A program made the position numbers and the translations under genes. This document shows, one piece after another, positions 21,909 to 31,632 of a stretch of 64,000 nucleotides of DNA (position 1 is the first letter of the stretch; every line of letters starts with the position of its first letter). A model generated the notes under the pieces. That model worked only from the letters and a program-made list of their open reading frames with translations. It did no database searches and had not been told where the DNA came from. Source of the stretch: an uncultured delta proteobacterium (GTDB lineage: Bacteria; Desulfobacterota; Syntrophia; Syntrophales; UBA5619); assembly GCA_963817385.1 (NCBI GenBank), contig CAWFOM010000010.1, positions 379,676-443,675 of the forward strand. The letters run 5' to 3'.

Positions 21909-21926
21909 TTCGTCACTAGTGACGAA
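21909..21926. repeat. Perfect 18-bp palindrome TTCGTCACTAGTGACGAA
   Basis: Read directly in the 30-bp hdrB-hdrL spacer. Confidence 0.9.
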
Positions 21927-21928
21927 TT

Positions 21929-22777
21929 TCATATCAATCCCTTTGTTGACAGCAGTTTGATTGGATCGGTTATGTGGCGGCGGAGCCACGTTTTCCCCTC
22001 CTTATGACCCATGGCCAGGCCCATCAGTTCCGTGAAATAAAAGACGGGGATCCCGGCCGCCCCGTCACCGGCGGGAAGGCCCGACTGCCGCGTATCCAGA
22101 TTCGCATGACACATGGTACAGCCCGTGACAATACAGTCGGCGCCCGCTTCCCGCGCCATGGAGAGGATGCGCTGACTCAACTGCACAACGATGTCGGTCC
22201 GCGTCATGACGAGACTGGCCCCGCAGCAGTCCGTTTTGTACGACCAGGGAACCGCCTCCGCACCCAGGATCTCCATCAGGCGATCCATGTGCTGCGGGTT
22301 CTCGTAGTTCGCTACCCCGGTCAACTGCGGCGGACGAACGGCAAGGCAGCCGTAGTAACACGCCACCTTAAGACCGCTCAAGGGTCTCACCACCCGCGCC
22401 TTCAACCCCTCGATCATTGCGGGATCGCAAAAAAAATCGAGGGCGTACCGGACAGAGACCCGTCCTTCATACGGAGACGGAAGATACTCCGGATGCTCTT
22501 TCGCCCCCGCCTCCGCCGCCTTGAAACGGCTGTAACACGCCACGCAGGGCACAACCATCTCCCGATCGTGCTTCTCCGCTATGCGCAAATTCCGCACCGG
22601 CAGGGCAACCGCCAACGCCTCGTCCGAACAATGGGCCGAGGTGGAGCCGCAACAGGTCCAGTCCTCCAGCTCATGGAGACCGACATCCAGCAGCTTCGAC
22701 ACCCCCCTGAATGATTCGTCATATTCGCGGGCCGTCCCGTGGAGGGAACACCCGGGATAGTAGGTTATCTCTTTCAC
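21929..22777 (-). CDS. hdrB: Heterodisulfide reductase subunit B, copy 1
   Basis: YYPGCS, WTCCG, CVACY, YYGC, DCCG and CTMCH (two CCG domains). Confidence 0.92.
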   Translation of the reverse strand: MKEITYYPGCSLHGTAREYDESFRGVSKLLDVGLHELEDWTCCGSTSAHCSDEALAVALPVRNLRIAEKHDREMVVPCVACYSRFKAAEAGAKEHPEYLPSPYEGRVSVRYALDFFCDPAMIEGLKARVVRPLSGLKVACYYGCLAVRPPQLTGVANYENPQHMDRLMEILGAEAVPWSYKTDCCGASLVMTRTDIVVQLSQRILSMAREAGADCIVTGCTMCHANLDTRQSGLPAGDGAAGIPVFYFTELMGLAMGHKEGKTWLRRHITDPIKLLSTKGLI

Positions 22778-23349
22778 CGTGGAGCCCCTTTCTCGTATGC
22801 GCTAAACATCTCCTTCACCTCTTTGCCCCCCCGAAAACTCTGCGGCAGGAGCTTGATCTTCCCCCGACGAAACATCTGCCACCCCAAGGCCGCATCCTTC
22901 AGAAAATCCCTCGTCTTTACCTTGAAACGCAGAATCAGAGAAAGCTCGTGAATGCGGCCCGCGCTCTTGATGCTGTCGAGAAAAGCCTGATGGAAAACCG
23001 GAATCTCCTGCTCGCCGGCACTGACCCCCGAACGCAGCGCAATGTGCCGCAAACTGTCCATGACATGGGCAAAATCGATGTCATTGGGACACCGGACGCT
23101 GCAGGTATGGCAGGATGCGCATATCCAGATGCTCCTGCAGCCCAGCACCTTCTCACGCTTCCCGTACTGGATCTGACGGATAACCTGATTGGGGAAAATA
23201 TCCATCGCCGAAACGACGGGACATCCCGCCGAACACTTCTGGCACTGGTAACAGGCCCGGATGTCCACACCGCCCTCACGGATGACTTCCTCAAGAAACG
23301 AATTCTCAAAATACTCCGCCGCTCCGTTCATGTCCATCTGCTGCCTCAC
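21931..23349 (-). repeat. 1.42-kb inverted repeat, left arm (hdrCB)
   Basis: Reverse complement is near-identical to 29743-31162. Confidence 0.95.
22774..23337 (-). CDS. hdrC: Heterodisulfide reductase subunit C, copy 1
   Basis: CYQCQKCSAGCP and WICASCHTCSVRCP; GAGG ribosome-binding site before ATG 23337. Confidence 0.9.
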   Translation of the reverse strand: MDMNGAAEYFENSFLEEVIREGGVDIRACYQCQKCSAGCPVVSAMDIFPNQVIRQIQYGKREKVLGCRSIWICASCHTCSVRCPNDIDFAHVMDSLRHIALRSGVSAGEQEIPVFHQAFLDSIKSAGRIHELSLILRFKVKTRDFLKDAALGWQMFRRGKIKLLPQSFRGGKEVKEMFSAYEKGAPR

Positions 23350-23509
23350 TTGATTGTCTGGATTGCGTTTTATATGGCGACTCTCCCCGATGCGAACGGA
23401 GAAACCGTTCCGGTTAACATGCTTCCCATAGGCAGAAGTGCCCACTTCATAGCATATTGCCGGGACTCCGTACAATAAAGATTATGTGCTTGTCAAGGCA
23501 AAACTGGAG

Positions 23510-23542
23510 CGGTTTAAATACGGTTAAATTAGCGGTTAAATT
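23510..23542. promoter_or_regulatory. Three tandem CGGTT(T)AAAT motifs in the divergent promoter region
   Basis: Copies start at 23510, 23521 and 23533, immediately upstream of the -35 element at 23546. Confidence 0.55.
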
Positions 23543-23545
23543 ATC

Positions 23546-23574
23546 TTGACACACAAGCACCGTTTTCATATAGT
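23546..23574 (+). promoter_or_regulatory. Sigma-70 promoter of the rightward hdrA-metVF operon
   Basis: TTGACA-17 nt-TATAGT. Confidence 0.7.
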
Positions 23575-23695
23575 CACGCAGTCAAAAATCAGGTTTTTTT
23601 CACACCAACAGACGAATGTCTTTTACTTTGATTCCTGGCTGTAAGGGTAATACCGCATCCCTTCTGTTGTTGGAGGGCGAGGGAGATAACGTCTA

Positions 23696-24733
23696 ATGAC
23701 TGATAACCATAATCATCCGGTACTCATTATCGGCGGTGGTATCTCCGGTATCGTATGCGCACTGGAGCTGAATCGTTGCGGCGTACCGGTAGTGATTGTA
23801 GAAAAAGAGACGTCTTTAGGAGGCCTTGCCGCGCACTTCTGCTGCAAGGCCACCGAGGCATGCAATAAGTGCTTTGCCTGTGTCGTAGACAAGAAACTCA
23901 AGGAAATCGGCAATCACGCTAACATTCCCCAGTTGACTGGTACCGAGGTTACAAACGTGGCGGGGTCTCCCGGAGTGTATACGGTTTCGGTCACGAAAGC
24001 CGGGACCGTCTCCGAGCTTAACGCGGCAGCCATTGTCGTAGCCGCGGGTATTGACCCTTACGAGGCTTCCGGAAAAGGCGAATACGGGTACGGCGTCATC
24101 AAGAACGTCATTACTGCCAGGGAGCTCGAAGAAATGCTCCGTACCGAGGGGAAGATTACCCGGCCGTCCGACGGGAGACCGCCCCGTACTATCGCGTTTT
24201 TCCAATGTGTGGGGAGCCGTGACGAGACCGTGGGAAATCTCTATTGCTCGCAGGTCTGCTGTGCCTATGCCCTCCGCCTCATCCGGGCTCTCCGACATGC
24301 CGATCCCGAGTTGACGGTCACCTTCCTGTATATGGACATCCAGCCGGCCGGCGCATCCTTTCACGATTTTCTGAGCGCCTGCCGGACGGATACCGGTATT
24401 CGGTTTATCCGGACCCTTCCCTCCAAGGTCTATCATGCTCCCGCTACCGACAATTGCCTAGTCCGCATGGCGGACACCCAGCGGGGGGAAATCGTAGAAG
24501 AACCGTTTGATATGGTGGTTCTTTCCGTCGGGATGGTCCTCAAAAAAGAAGCGAAGGCCCTCGCAAGTCTCCTCGGGCTCGGCTTAAACGAGGAGGGATT
24601 TCTCTCTGTCCCACCAACCGACCGAGGGTTATTTGTCACCGGCGCCTGCGCCGGCCCGAAGGACATCGACCGGTCAATCACCCAGGCCAAAGCGACAGCC
24701 GTATCCGTATACCATTATTTACAAGGCAGGTAA
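23696..24733 (+). CDS. Short HdrA-like flavoprotein (single module)
   Basis: IIGGGISG, CKATEACNKCFAC, FQCVGSR...CSQVCC, GACAGPKDI. Confidence 0.82.
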   Translation: MTDNHNHPVLIIGGGISGIVCALELNRCGVPVVIVEKETSLGGLAAHFCCKATEACNKCFACVVDKKLKEIGNHANIPQLTGTEVTNVAGSPGVYTVSVTKAGTVSELNAAAIVVAAGIDPYEASGKGEYGYGVIKNVITARELEEMLRTEGKITRPSDGRPPRTIAFFQCVGSRDETVGNLYCSQVCCAYALRLIRALRHADPELTVTFLYMDIQPAGASFHDFLSACRTDTGIRFIRTLPSKVYHAPATDNCLVRMADTQRGEIVEEPFDMVVLSVGMVLKKEAKALASLLGLGLNEEGFLSVPPTDRGLFVTGACAGPKDIDRSITQAKATAVSVYHYLQGR

Positions 24734-24736
24734 TGC

Positions 24737-26047
24737 ATGTATCAGACCGTTTATCAAAGCAAATCGACTGCTTGGAACCCCGTTTTGCTCAAGCCTGCAG
24801 CACTCATCATCGGAGGAGGATTAGTGGGCATGACCATAGCCCGTCAATTGGCCCAGGACGGGACGCAGGTGGTGATTGCAGAAAAAGGGGAAACCCTGGG
24901 CGGCGGCGCTGGGAATCTGCACTTTTTTTACGATCGGCAATCGGATGTACAGAAATGGCTGCACGAGATGATCGCCGCTGTGGAAAGCACGGAAAGGATC
25001 ACCGTGCATACCGGCGCGCACCTGAAGCGCTTTGACGGCTATCTCGGCCGTTTTCAGGCCTCAATCGGCACCAAGAACGGCGGGGAGACGAGCGTTACCC
25101 CATCGGTTGTGGTATTGGCAACGGGCTGCATAACCCGGCCACCCGATGCCACCGAGAGCAAGGAGCGGTTGATCGGCTTTTCCGAGATGGAAACCCTCCT
25201 TGCCGGAAGCCCTGACAGACCGGTTACCTGGAAGGGTCGACCGGTGAAGACAGTCATCTATCTGCTTGACAGGACAAATGACGATATCAAAATCCATACG
25301 GTAAACGCCATCAAACAGTCCATCATCCTGCGGGAAAAAGGATGCCGGGTTGCCGTTTGCGCGAAGGATCTGAAAGTATCCGTCGCCGGCATGGAGCGTC
25401 TCTATCGCCAGGCACGGGAAAAAGGAGTGCTCTTTTTTAAGTATGACGAGCCTCCCGTCTTTTCCGGAGCGGATGAGCAGATCAGAATCGAAATCCAGGA
25501 TCTGACCGTCCTGAAGAAAGACGACCGAACCGCCGTTCAGATTCCTTTCGATCTGGGAGTGGTCAGTGAAACGTTTGCCGCCGATCCGGAGACGGAGGAA
25601 TTATGCCGTTTGCTCAGGATCCGTCCCGGTGCGAACGGCATGCTTGTGGATGATAACCCCCAGCTCCAGCGGGTGCTGTCCAACAGGCGCGGCATATTCG
25701 TGGCGGGTGCATGCCGCTTCCCCCAGATCATTACCGAATCTCTGAGTGAAGCACATGCCGTGGTCCAGGAGGTGAAGGCCCTTCTCCACGGAGGAGCATA
25801 TACCCCGGCAAATCCCATCGCCGAAGTCGATCCTCGGAAATGCGCCGTTTGTTATAGCTGTGTGAGGCTTTGTCCCCACGCCGCCATCGGTATTGAGCGG
25901 TACGGGGAAAGAAATGTCTATGCCGCACCTCTTAGCGAAGCGGATAACACCCTGTGGGGCGCAGCCAGGGTCGATCCCGGCGCATGTTTCGGATGCGGCA
26001 TCTGCGTGGCCGAGTGTCCGGCCAAGGCAATAACCTTGTACCAGTGA
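24737..26047 (+). CDS. HdrA-like flavoprotein (C-terminal-type module with 2x[4Fe-4S]) lacking the internal Cys motif
   Basis: IIGGGLVG, GIFVAGAC, CAVCYSCVRLCP and CFGCGICVAECP; no QCVGSR...CC motif. Confidence 0.78.
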   Translation: MYQTVYQSKSTAWNPVLLKPAALIIGGGLVGMTIARQLAQDGTQVVIAEKGETLGGGAGNLHFFYDRQSDVQKWLHEMIAAVESTERITVHTGAHLKRFDGYLGRFQASIGTKNGGETSVTPSVVVLATGCITRPPDATESKERLIGFSEMETLLAGSPDRPVTWKGRPVKTVIYLLDRTNDDIKIHTVNAIKQSIILREKGCRVAVCAKDLKVSVAGMERLYRQAREKGVLFFKYDEPPVFSGADEQIRIEIQDLTVLKKDDRTAVQIPFDLGVVSETFAADPETEELCRLLRIRPGANGMLVDDNPQLQRVLSNRRGIFVAGACRFPQIITESLSEAHAVVQEVKALLHGGAYTPANPIAEVDPRKCAVCYSCVRLCPHAAIGIERYGERNVYAAPLSEADNTLWGAARVDPGACFGCGICVAECPAKAITLYQ

Positions 26048-26110
26048 GGCCTTGTTTCCCGTTGTTGAGGGAAATAGTTTTCATAAACCGGGGAGTGTAA
26101 GGGAACAATC

Positions 26111-26518
26111 ATGTCAACTTTCATACCGAGAATTGTCGCTTTCTGCTGCGAGCAATCGGGGATTCAAGCAGCGGAAATGGCCAAGACGCTGAATTTGAAA
26201 ATGCCCGAAAAACTGGAAGTCGTTCCCGTCCCCTGTTCCGGCCGCATCGAGACCCTTTCTCTGCTCAAAGCCCTGGAAAGCGGTGCGGACGGCGTTGTTA
26301 TTTTTGCCTGTTATGAAGAAAACTGCCAGTACCTGCAGGGCAATGTCCGGCTCAAAGGCCGGGTCGACTACGCGAAGCAAATCATGACAAAAATCGGTCT
26401 TGAACAAGAGCGTCTGGAAATTGTCCACGTGGCGACAAATAGCGGAGTAAAATTCACGGAGACTCTCCTGCGTAAAGAAGAACAATTGCGTCAGCTGGGA
26501 CCGAACCCGGCAGCATAG
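26111..26518 (+). CDS. mvhD: MvhD-like subunit (CCEQS variant)
   Basis: AFCCEQS, VPCSGRI, ACYEENCQYLQGN. Confidence 0.82.
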   Translation: MSTFIPRIVAFCCEQSGIQAAEMAKTLNLKMPEKLEVVPVPCSGRIETLSLLKALESGADGVVIFACYEENCQYLQGNVRLKGRVDYAKQIMTKIGLEQERLEIVHVATNSGVKFTETLLRKEEQLRQLGPNPAA

Positions 26519-26562
26519 CGGGATACTGCCTTCCTTTTTTCCACTTGAGGAGTGATGACGAA

Positions 26563-27234
26563 ATGATTAAAGCCGAACAAAAACCGATCGAGGAAATCCT
26601 GGAATACCTGGCACCGTATGGCAAGATCCTGCTTTCCGGGTGCGGCGCCTGCGTTACCGTATGCCACGCAGGAGGTGAAAAGGACGGCGCCTTGCTGGCA
26701 TCCGCCATTAGAATGGCGCGACAGAAAATGGGGAAGCCCATAGAAATTCTCGAAGCCACCCCTGCCCGCCAGTGCGAACCGGAATTTGCCCAGGAGCTTG
26801 CCGCGACCATCGATACGGTTGAGGCGGTGCTGTCGGTTTCCTGCGGCGTCGGCGTACAGACCCTTGCCCGCTCTTTCCCTGCGAAACAGATTTTCCCGGG
26901 TGTCAATACCACGTTCATGGGGGAAACCGTCGCCCACGGAGTCTGGGAAGAACGCTGCCAGGCCTGCGGCAACTGCATCCTGGAAAAAACGGCGGGCATT
27001 TGCCCGATCGCCCGCTGCGCCAAACAATTGCTCAACGGTCCGTGCGGCGGTTCATCGAACGGTAAATGCGAAATCAAACGCGAGACCGATTGCGCCTGGC
27101 AACTGATCTACGACCGCTCCAAGGCCCTGGGGCAGCTTCGCAGACTGTCGGACTTCATTCCCGCCAAACAATGGGGAACAGAGTCGAGAGATAGCGGACC
27201 ACGAAGGATTGTAAGGGAGGACCTCAAGGTATGA
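26563..27234 (+). CDS. metV: MetV, copy 2
   Basis: GCGACVTVC, RQCE, SCGVGVQ, CPIARCAKQLLNGPCGG. Confidence 0.88.
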   Translation: MIKAEQKPIEEILEYLAPYGKILLSGCGACVTVCHAGGEKDGALLASAIRMARQKMGKPIEILEATPARQCEPEFAQELAATIDTVEAVLSVSCGVGVQTLARSFPAKQIFPGVNTTFMGETVAHGVWEERCQACGNCILEKTAGICPIARCAKQLLNGPCGGSSNGKCEIKRETDCAWQLIYDRSKALGQLRRLSDFIPAKQWGTESRDSGPRRIVREDLKV

Positions 27235-28154
27235 AATCGGGTGGCAATTTAGAAAGGGTATTTGAGCAGGGGCATTTTGCCGTCACGGCCGAATTGGGAC
27301 CTCCGAAGGGCAACGATGTGAGCGTCATCCAGCGCAAGGTTGACCTGTTACGCGGGTATGTCGATGCAGTCAACGTAACGGACAACCAAACAGCCATCGT
27401 CCGCATGTCCAGTATCGCTACCAGCACCTTTGTCATGCAGATGGGAATGGAGCCGGTCATGCAGATGGTTACCCGCGACCGGAACCGTATCGCCATGCAG
27501 AGCGACCTGTTCGGCGCGACCGCGCTCGGTATCAGGAATATCGTCTGCCTCACCGGCGACCATCATACCTTCGGGAATCAGGTAAACGCGAAGAACGTCC
27601 ACGATCTCGATTCCGTCCAGCTCATAAACATGGTCCGGATGATGCGCGATCAGGGCACCCTCCTGGGCGGCGAGGATAAGATCGAAGGGCAGATCAAACT
27701 TTTCATCGGCGGCGCCGCCAATCCCTTCGCTGATCCCTTCGAATTCAGGGCGCTGCGCACGGCGAAAAAAGCTGCGGCGGGCGTTGATTTCATCCAGACC
27801 CAGTGCATATACGATATGGAACGCTTCAAGGAGTGGATGAAGATGATCCGTGACCTGGGTGTCCATGAAAAAGTCCATATCATGGCAGGCATCACCCCCC
27901 TAAAATCAGCGGGTATGGCGCGGTACATGGCCAAGAATGTAGCGGGGATCACCATCCCGGACGCTCTTATCGACCGGATGGCAAAAGCCGCCAAGGGTTC
28001 GGAAGAAGGCATCAAGATATGCGTGGAACAGATTCAGGAAGTCAGAGAAATCGAGGGTGTTCACGGCGTTCACATCATGGCCATCGAATGGGAACAGATG
28101 ATAAGCAAGATCACTGAAATGGCCGGCCTGCTGCCGCGTCCCAAACCCGAATAA
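27231..28154 (+). CDS. metF: Methylenetetrahydrofolate reductase, copy 2
   Basis: NVTDNQ, RDRNRIAMQS, LTGDH, IQTQCIY; paralog of 11312-12238. Confidence 0.9.
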   Translation: MKSGGNLERVFEQGHFAVTAELGPPKGNDVSVIQRKVDLLRGYVDAVNVTDNQTAIVRMSSIATSTFVMQMGMEPVMQMVTRDRNRIAMQSDLFGATALGIRNIVCLTGDHHTFGNQVNAKNVHDLDSVQLINMVRMMRDQGTLLGGEDKIEGQIKLFIGGAANPFADPFEFRALRTAKKAAAGVDFIQTQCIYDMERFKEWMKMIRDLGVHEKVHIMAGITPLKSAGMARYMAKNVAGITIPDALIDRMAKAAKGSEEGIKICVEQIQEVREIEGVHGVHIMAIEWEQMISKITEMAGLLPRPKPE

Positions 28155-28185
28155 CGGGATATGATTTTTCACCCTCACGGGTAGA

Positions 28186-29661
28186 TTGAAGATGCTGCAG
28201 TCCATTATTGAATTGGCAAATGATGGGATACTGGTCTTCAATGATCGACTGGGGGTAGAATATGCGAACCGCGCCATCTCGCAGATAACCGGCTATCCGC
28301 ATGCCAGGATATTGGAGATGAGCATATCCGAACTCTTGGGCGACGAGAGCCGCGCCCTCCTGGAGGATCTCTTCTCGCGTCCGGAAATATTCGGTGAAAA
28401 AACCTGTCAGGCAGTCCAGATCATTACGTCATCAGGCGATGTCAGAAATGTGGAAATCTGCATCGCCCTTGCAACCCCTCCCGACGGCCCCGACAGGGCC
28501 TACGCATATGTCCGTGATATTCACGATGAGACACGAATAGGCAATGAGCTCCGGGAGGCCAATGAATTTTTCAAGAACCTGATCTCCAGCTCGGTGGACG
28601 GGATCATCGCCGCCGACATGAAAGGGAATATTTTCATATTCAATCAGGGCGCGGAGAACCTCACCGGTTACACGGCGGAAGAGGTTATCGGAAAAGTTCA
28701 CATAACCAAGATCTATCCTGAAGGCGTTGCCAAAGAGATCATGCAGAAACTCCGGAGCCCGGAGTACGGAGGGATAGGAAAACTGAACCCGTCACAACTC
28801 AATTTGGTCGGCAAAAACGGTGAAGAGATTCCCTTCCAGCTCTCCGCGTCGCTTATTTATGACAGCACAGGGAAAGAGATTTCGAGCGTAGGAATTTTTA
28901 CCGATTTACGGCAGCGTCTGGCCATGGAGCGCAAGATTCAGGAAACGCATTTGCAACTGATCAGCTCGGAAAAACTTGCCTCTCTGGGAAAGCTTGCCGC
29001 GGGGATTGCCCATGAAATCAATAATCCGCTGGGGGGGATCCTTATCTATTCCAGCCTGCTTCTTGAGGATCTTGCCGATGACGATCCGAAGGGGCAGGAC
29101 CTTGCCCGCATCGTGCAGGAGGCGGGGCGCTGCAAGGAAATCGTGATGAGCCTCCTCGAATTCGCCCGCCAGAGCGAACCGAAGATGGAGCCGGTCGATA
29201 TCAACCGTGCAATCACCGATGGGCTGTTTTTCCTGGAAAATCAGGCTCTTTTTCACAATATCCAGATCATCAAGAACCTTGACCCTTCCCTCCCCTTTGC
29301 GCGCGGCAACGCCGGTCAGCTCAAGCAGGTTTTTATGAATATTATCGTCAATGCGGCAGAGGCCATGCACGGCAGCGGAACACTGACCATCGCGACGTTT
29401 TTAGATCACGAGCAAAAAAACATAACAATCGAATTTACGGACACCGGAGAAGGGATTCCCGAAGAAAACCTTACCCGGATTTTTGACCCTTTTTTCACCA
29501 CAAAGGAGATCGGCAGGGGGACAGGGCTGGGGCTCAGCACCTCCTACGGAATCATCGAAGGCCATGGGAGCAAGATAGAGGTGAAAAGCAAGGTGGGTGT
29601 CGGCACAACCTTTAGCATCTTACTGGCCGCCTACCCTGAAACTCAACCGATCATTGAATAA
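28186..29661 (+). CDS. Cytoplasmic PAS-PAS sensor histidine kinase (NtrB-like)
   Basis: Two PAS-like repeats, [28 protein letters not shown]. Confidence 0.92.
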   Translation: MKMLQSIIELANDGILVFNDRLGVEYANRAISQITGYPHARILEMSISELLGDESRALLEDLFSRPEIFGEKTCQAVQIITSSGDVRNVEICIALATPPDGPDRAYAYVRDIHDETRIGNELREANEFFKNLISSSVDGIIAADMKGNIFIFNQGAENLTGYTAEEVIGKVHITKIYPEGVAKEIMQKLRSPEYGGIGKLNPSQLNLVGKNGEEIPFQLSASLIYDSTGKEISSVGIFTDLRQRLAMERKIQETHLQLISSEKLASLGKLAAGIAHEINNPLGGILIYSSLLLEDLADDDPKGQDLARIVQEAGRCKEIVMSLLEFARQSEPKMEPVDINRAITDGLFFLENQALFHNIQIIKNLDPSLPFARGNAGQLKQVFMNIIVNAAEAMHGSGTLTIATFLDHEQKNITIEFTDTGEGIPEENLTRIFDPFFTTKEIGRGTGLGLSTSYGIIEGHGSKIEVKSKVGVGTTFSILLAAYPETQPIIE

Positions 29662-29742
29662 TAGAGAAGAAGTGTGCAAGAATAGGCGCGAGTCCGGTCA
29701 GCCACCCCGGAGGGCTGAATGATCCGGACATGCAAGAAACCC

Positions 29743-31162
29743 GTGAGGCAGCAGATGGACGTGAACGGAGCGGCGGAGTATTTTGAGAATTCGTTTCTTG
29801 AGGAAGTCATCCGTGAGGGCGGTGTGGACATCCGGGCCTGTTACCAGTGCCAGAAGTGTTCGGCGGGATGTCCCGTCGTTTCGGCGATGGATATTTCCCC
29901 CAATCAGGTTATCCGTCAGATCCAGTACGGGAAGCGTGAGAAGGTGCTGGGCTGCAGGAGCATCTGGATATGCGCATCCTGCCATACCTGCAGCGTCCGG
30001 TGTCCCAATGACATCGATTTTGCCCATGTCATGGACAGTTTGCGGCACATTGCGCTGCGTTCGGGGGTCAGTGCCGGCGAGCAGGAGATTCCGGTTTTCC
30101 ATCAGGCTTTTCTCGACAGCATCAAGAGCGCGGGCCGCATCCACGAGCTTTCTCTGATTCTGCGCTTCAAGGTAAAGACGAGGGATTTTCTGAAGGATGC
30201 GGTCCTTGGGGTGGCAGATGTTTCGTCGGGGGAAGATCAAGCTCCTGCCGCAGAGTTTTCGGGGGGGCAAAGAGGTGAAGGAGATGTTTAGCGCATACGA
30301 GAAAGGGGCTCCACGGTGAAAGAGATAACCTATTATCCCGGGTGTTCCCTCCACGGGACGGCCCGCGAATATGACGAATCATTCAGGGGGGTGTCGAAGC
30401 TGCTGGATGTCGGTCTCCACGAGCTGGAGGACTGGACCTGTTGCGGCTCCACCTCGGCCCATTGTTCGGACGAGGCGTTGGCGGTTGCCCTGCCGGTGCG
30501 GAATTTACGCATAGCGGAGAAGCACGATCGGGAGATGGTTGTGCCCTGCGTGGCGTGTTACAGCCGTTTCAAGGCGGCGGAGGCGGGGGCGAAAGCGCAT
30601 CCGGAGTATCTTCCGTCTCCGTATGAAGGACGGGTCTCTGTCCGGTACGCCCTCGATTTTTTTTGCGATCCCGCAATGATCGAGGGGTTGAAGGCGCGGG
30701 TGGTGAGACCCTTGAGCGGTCTTAAGGTGGCGTGTTACTACGGCTGCCTTGCCGTTCGTCCGCCGCAGTTGACCGGGGTAGCGAACTACGAGAACCCGCA
30801 GCACATGGATCGCCTGATGGAGATCCTGGGTGCGGAGGCGGTTCCCTGGTCGTACAAAACGGACTGCTGCGGGGCCAGTCTCGTCATGACGCGGACCGAC
30901 ATCGTTGTGCAGTTGAGTCACCGCATCCTCTCCATGGCGCGGGAAGCGGGCGCCGACTGTATTGTCACGGGCTGTACCATGTGTCATGCGAATCTGGATA
31001 CGCGGCAGTCGGGCCTTCCCGCCGGTGACGGGGCGGCCGGGATCCCCGTCTTTTATTTCACGGAACTGATGGGCCTGGCCATGGGTCATACGGAGGGGAA
31101 AACGTGGCTCCGCCGCCACATAACCGATCCAATCAAACTGCTGTCAACAAAGGGATTGATAT
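29743..31162 (+). repeat. 1.42-kb inverted repeat, right arm (hdrCB)
   Basis: Near-identical to the reverse complement of 21931-23349, with scattered SNPs and one 1-nt indel. Confidence 0.95.
29755..30319 (+). CDS. hdrC: HdrC, copy 2 (1-nt insertion near 30203, probably a read error)
   Basis: Same Cys motifs as copy 1; the frame departs from copy 1 after LKDA. Confidence 0.85.
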
Positions 31163-31164
31163 AG
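30316..31164 (+). CDS. hdrB: HdrB, copy 2
   Basis: 282 aa; three visible amino-acid differences from copy 1. Confidence 0.92.
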   Translation: MKEITYYPGCSLHGTAREYDESFRGVSKLLDVGLHELEDWTCCGSTSAHCSDEALAVALPVRNLRIAEKHDREMVVPCVACYSRFKAAEAGAKAHPEYLPSPYEGRVSVRYALDFFCDPAMIEGLKARVVRPLSGLKVACYYGCLAVRPPQLTGVANYENPQHMDRLMEILGAEAVPWSYKTDCCGASLVMTRTDIVVQLSHRILSMAREAGADCIVTGCTMCHANLDTRQSGLPAGDGAAGIPVFYFTELMGLAMGHTEGKTWLRRHITDPIKLLSTKGLI

Positions 31165-31187
31165 TATCATCACGAGGGAGGATAATC

Positions 31188-31574
31188 ATGGCAAAGAAAA
31201 TTTTGGTAGTTGACGACGATCCGGATCTGGTCGAGACGACGTCGATGATTTTAAAGTCCAAGCAGTACGACGTCGTTGCCGCCTATGGCGGGGTCGAAGG
31301 ATTCGAGAAAGCAAAAACGGAAAAACCTGACCTTATCGTTCTGGATGTCATGATGCCCGACAAAGACGGATATACGCTCTGTAAAGAGCTTAAAGCCGAT
31401 CCTGCCCTGAAGGCAATCCCCGTCTTGCTCCTGACCGCCGTGGTATCCCATATCTCCACCAGCCGATTCAGCCACCAGATGGGAATGGAGACGGAGGCCG
31501 ATGACTACATGGATAAACCCGTTGATCCAAATGAGCTGGTAAAAAGGATCGAGCTTCTTCTCTCCCGGCAGTAA
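31188..31574 (+). CDS. Single-domain response regulator
   Basis: ILVVDDD, LDVMMP, LLTA, DKP; GGAGG ribosome-binding site. Confidence 0.9.
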   Translation: MAKKILVVDDDPDLVETTSMILKSKQYDVVAAYGGVEGFEKAKTEKPDLIVLDVMMPDKDGYTLCKELKADPALKAIPVLLLTAVVSHISTSRFSHQMGMETEADDYMDKPVDPNELVKRIELLLSRQ

Positions 31575-31632
31575 GCATGCGGAAGGGACAGGGGCTCGGC
31601 GCACCGAACCTTCACTCCTATAAGGAGGATCG

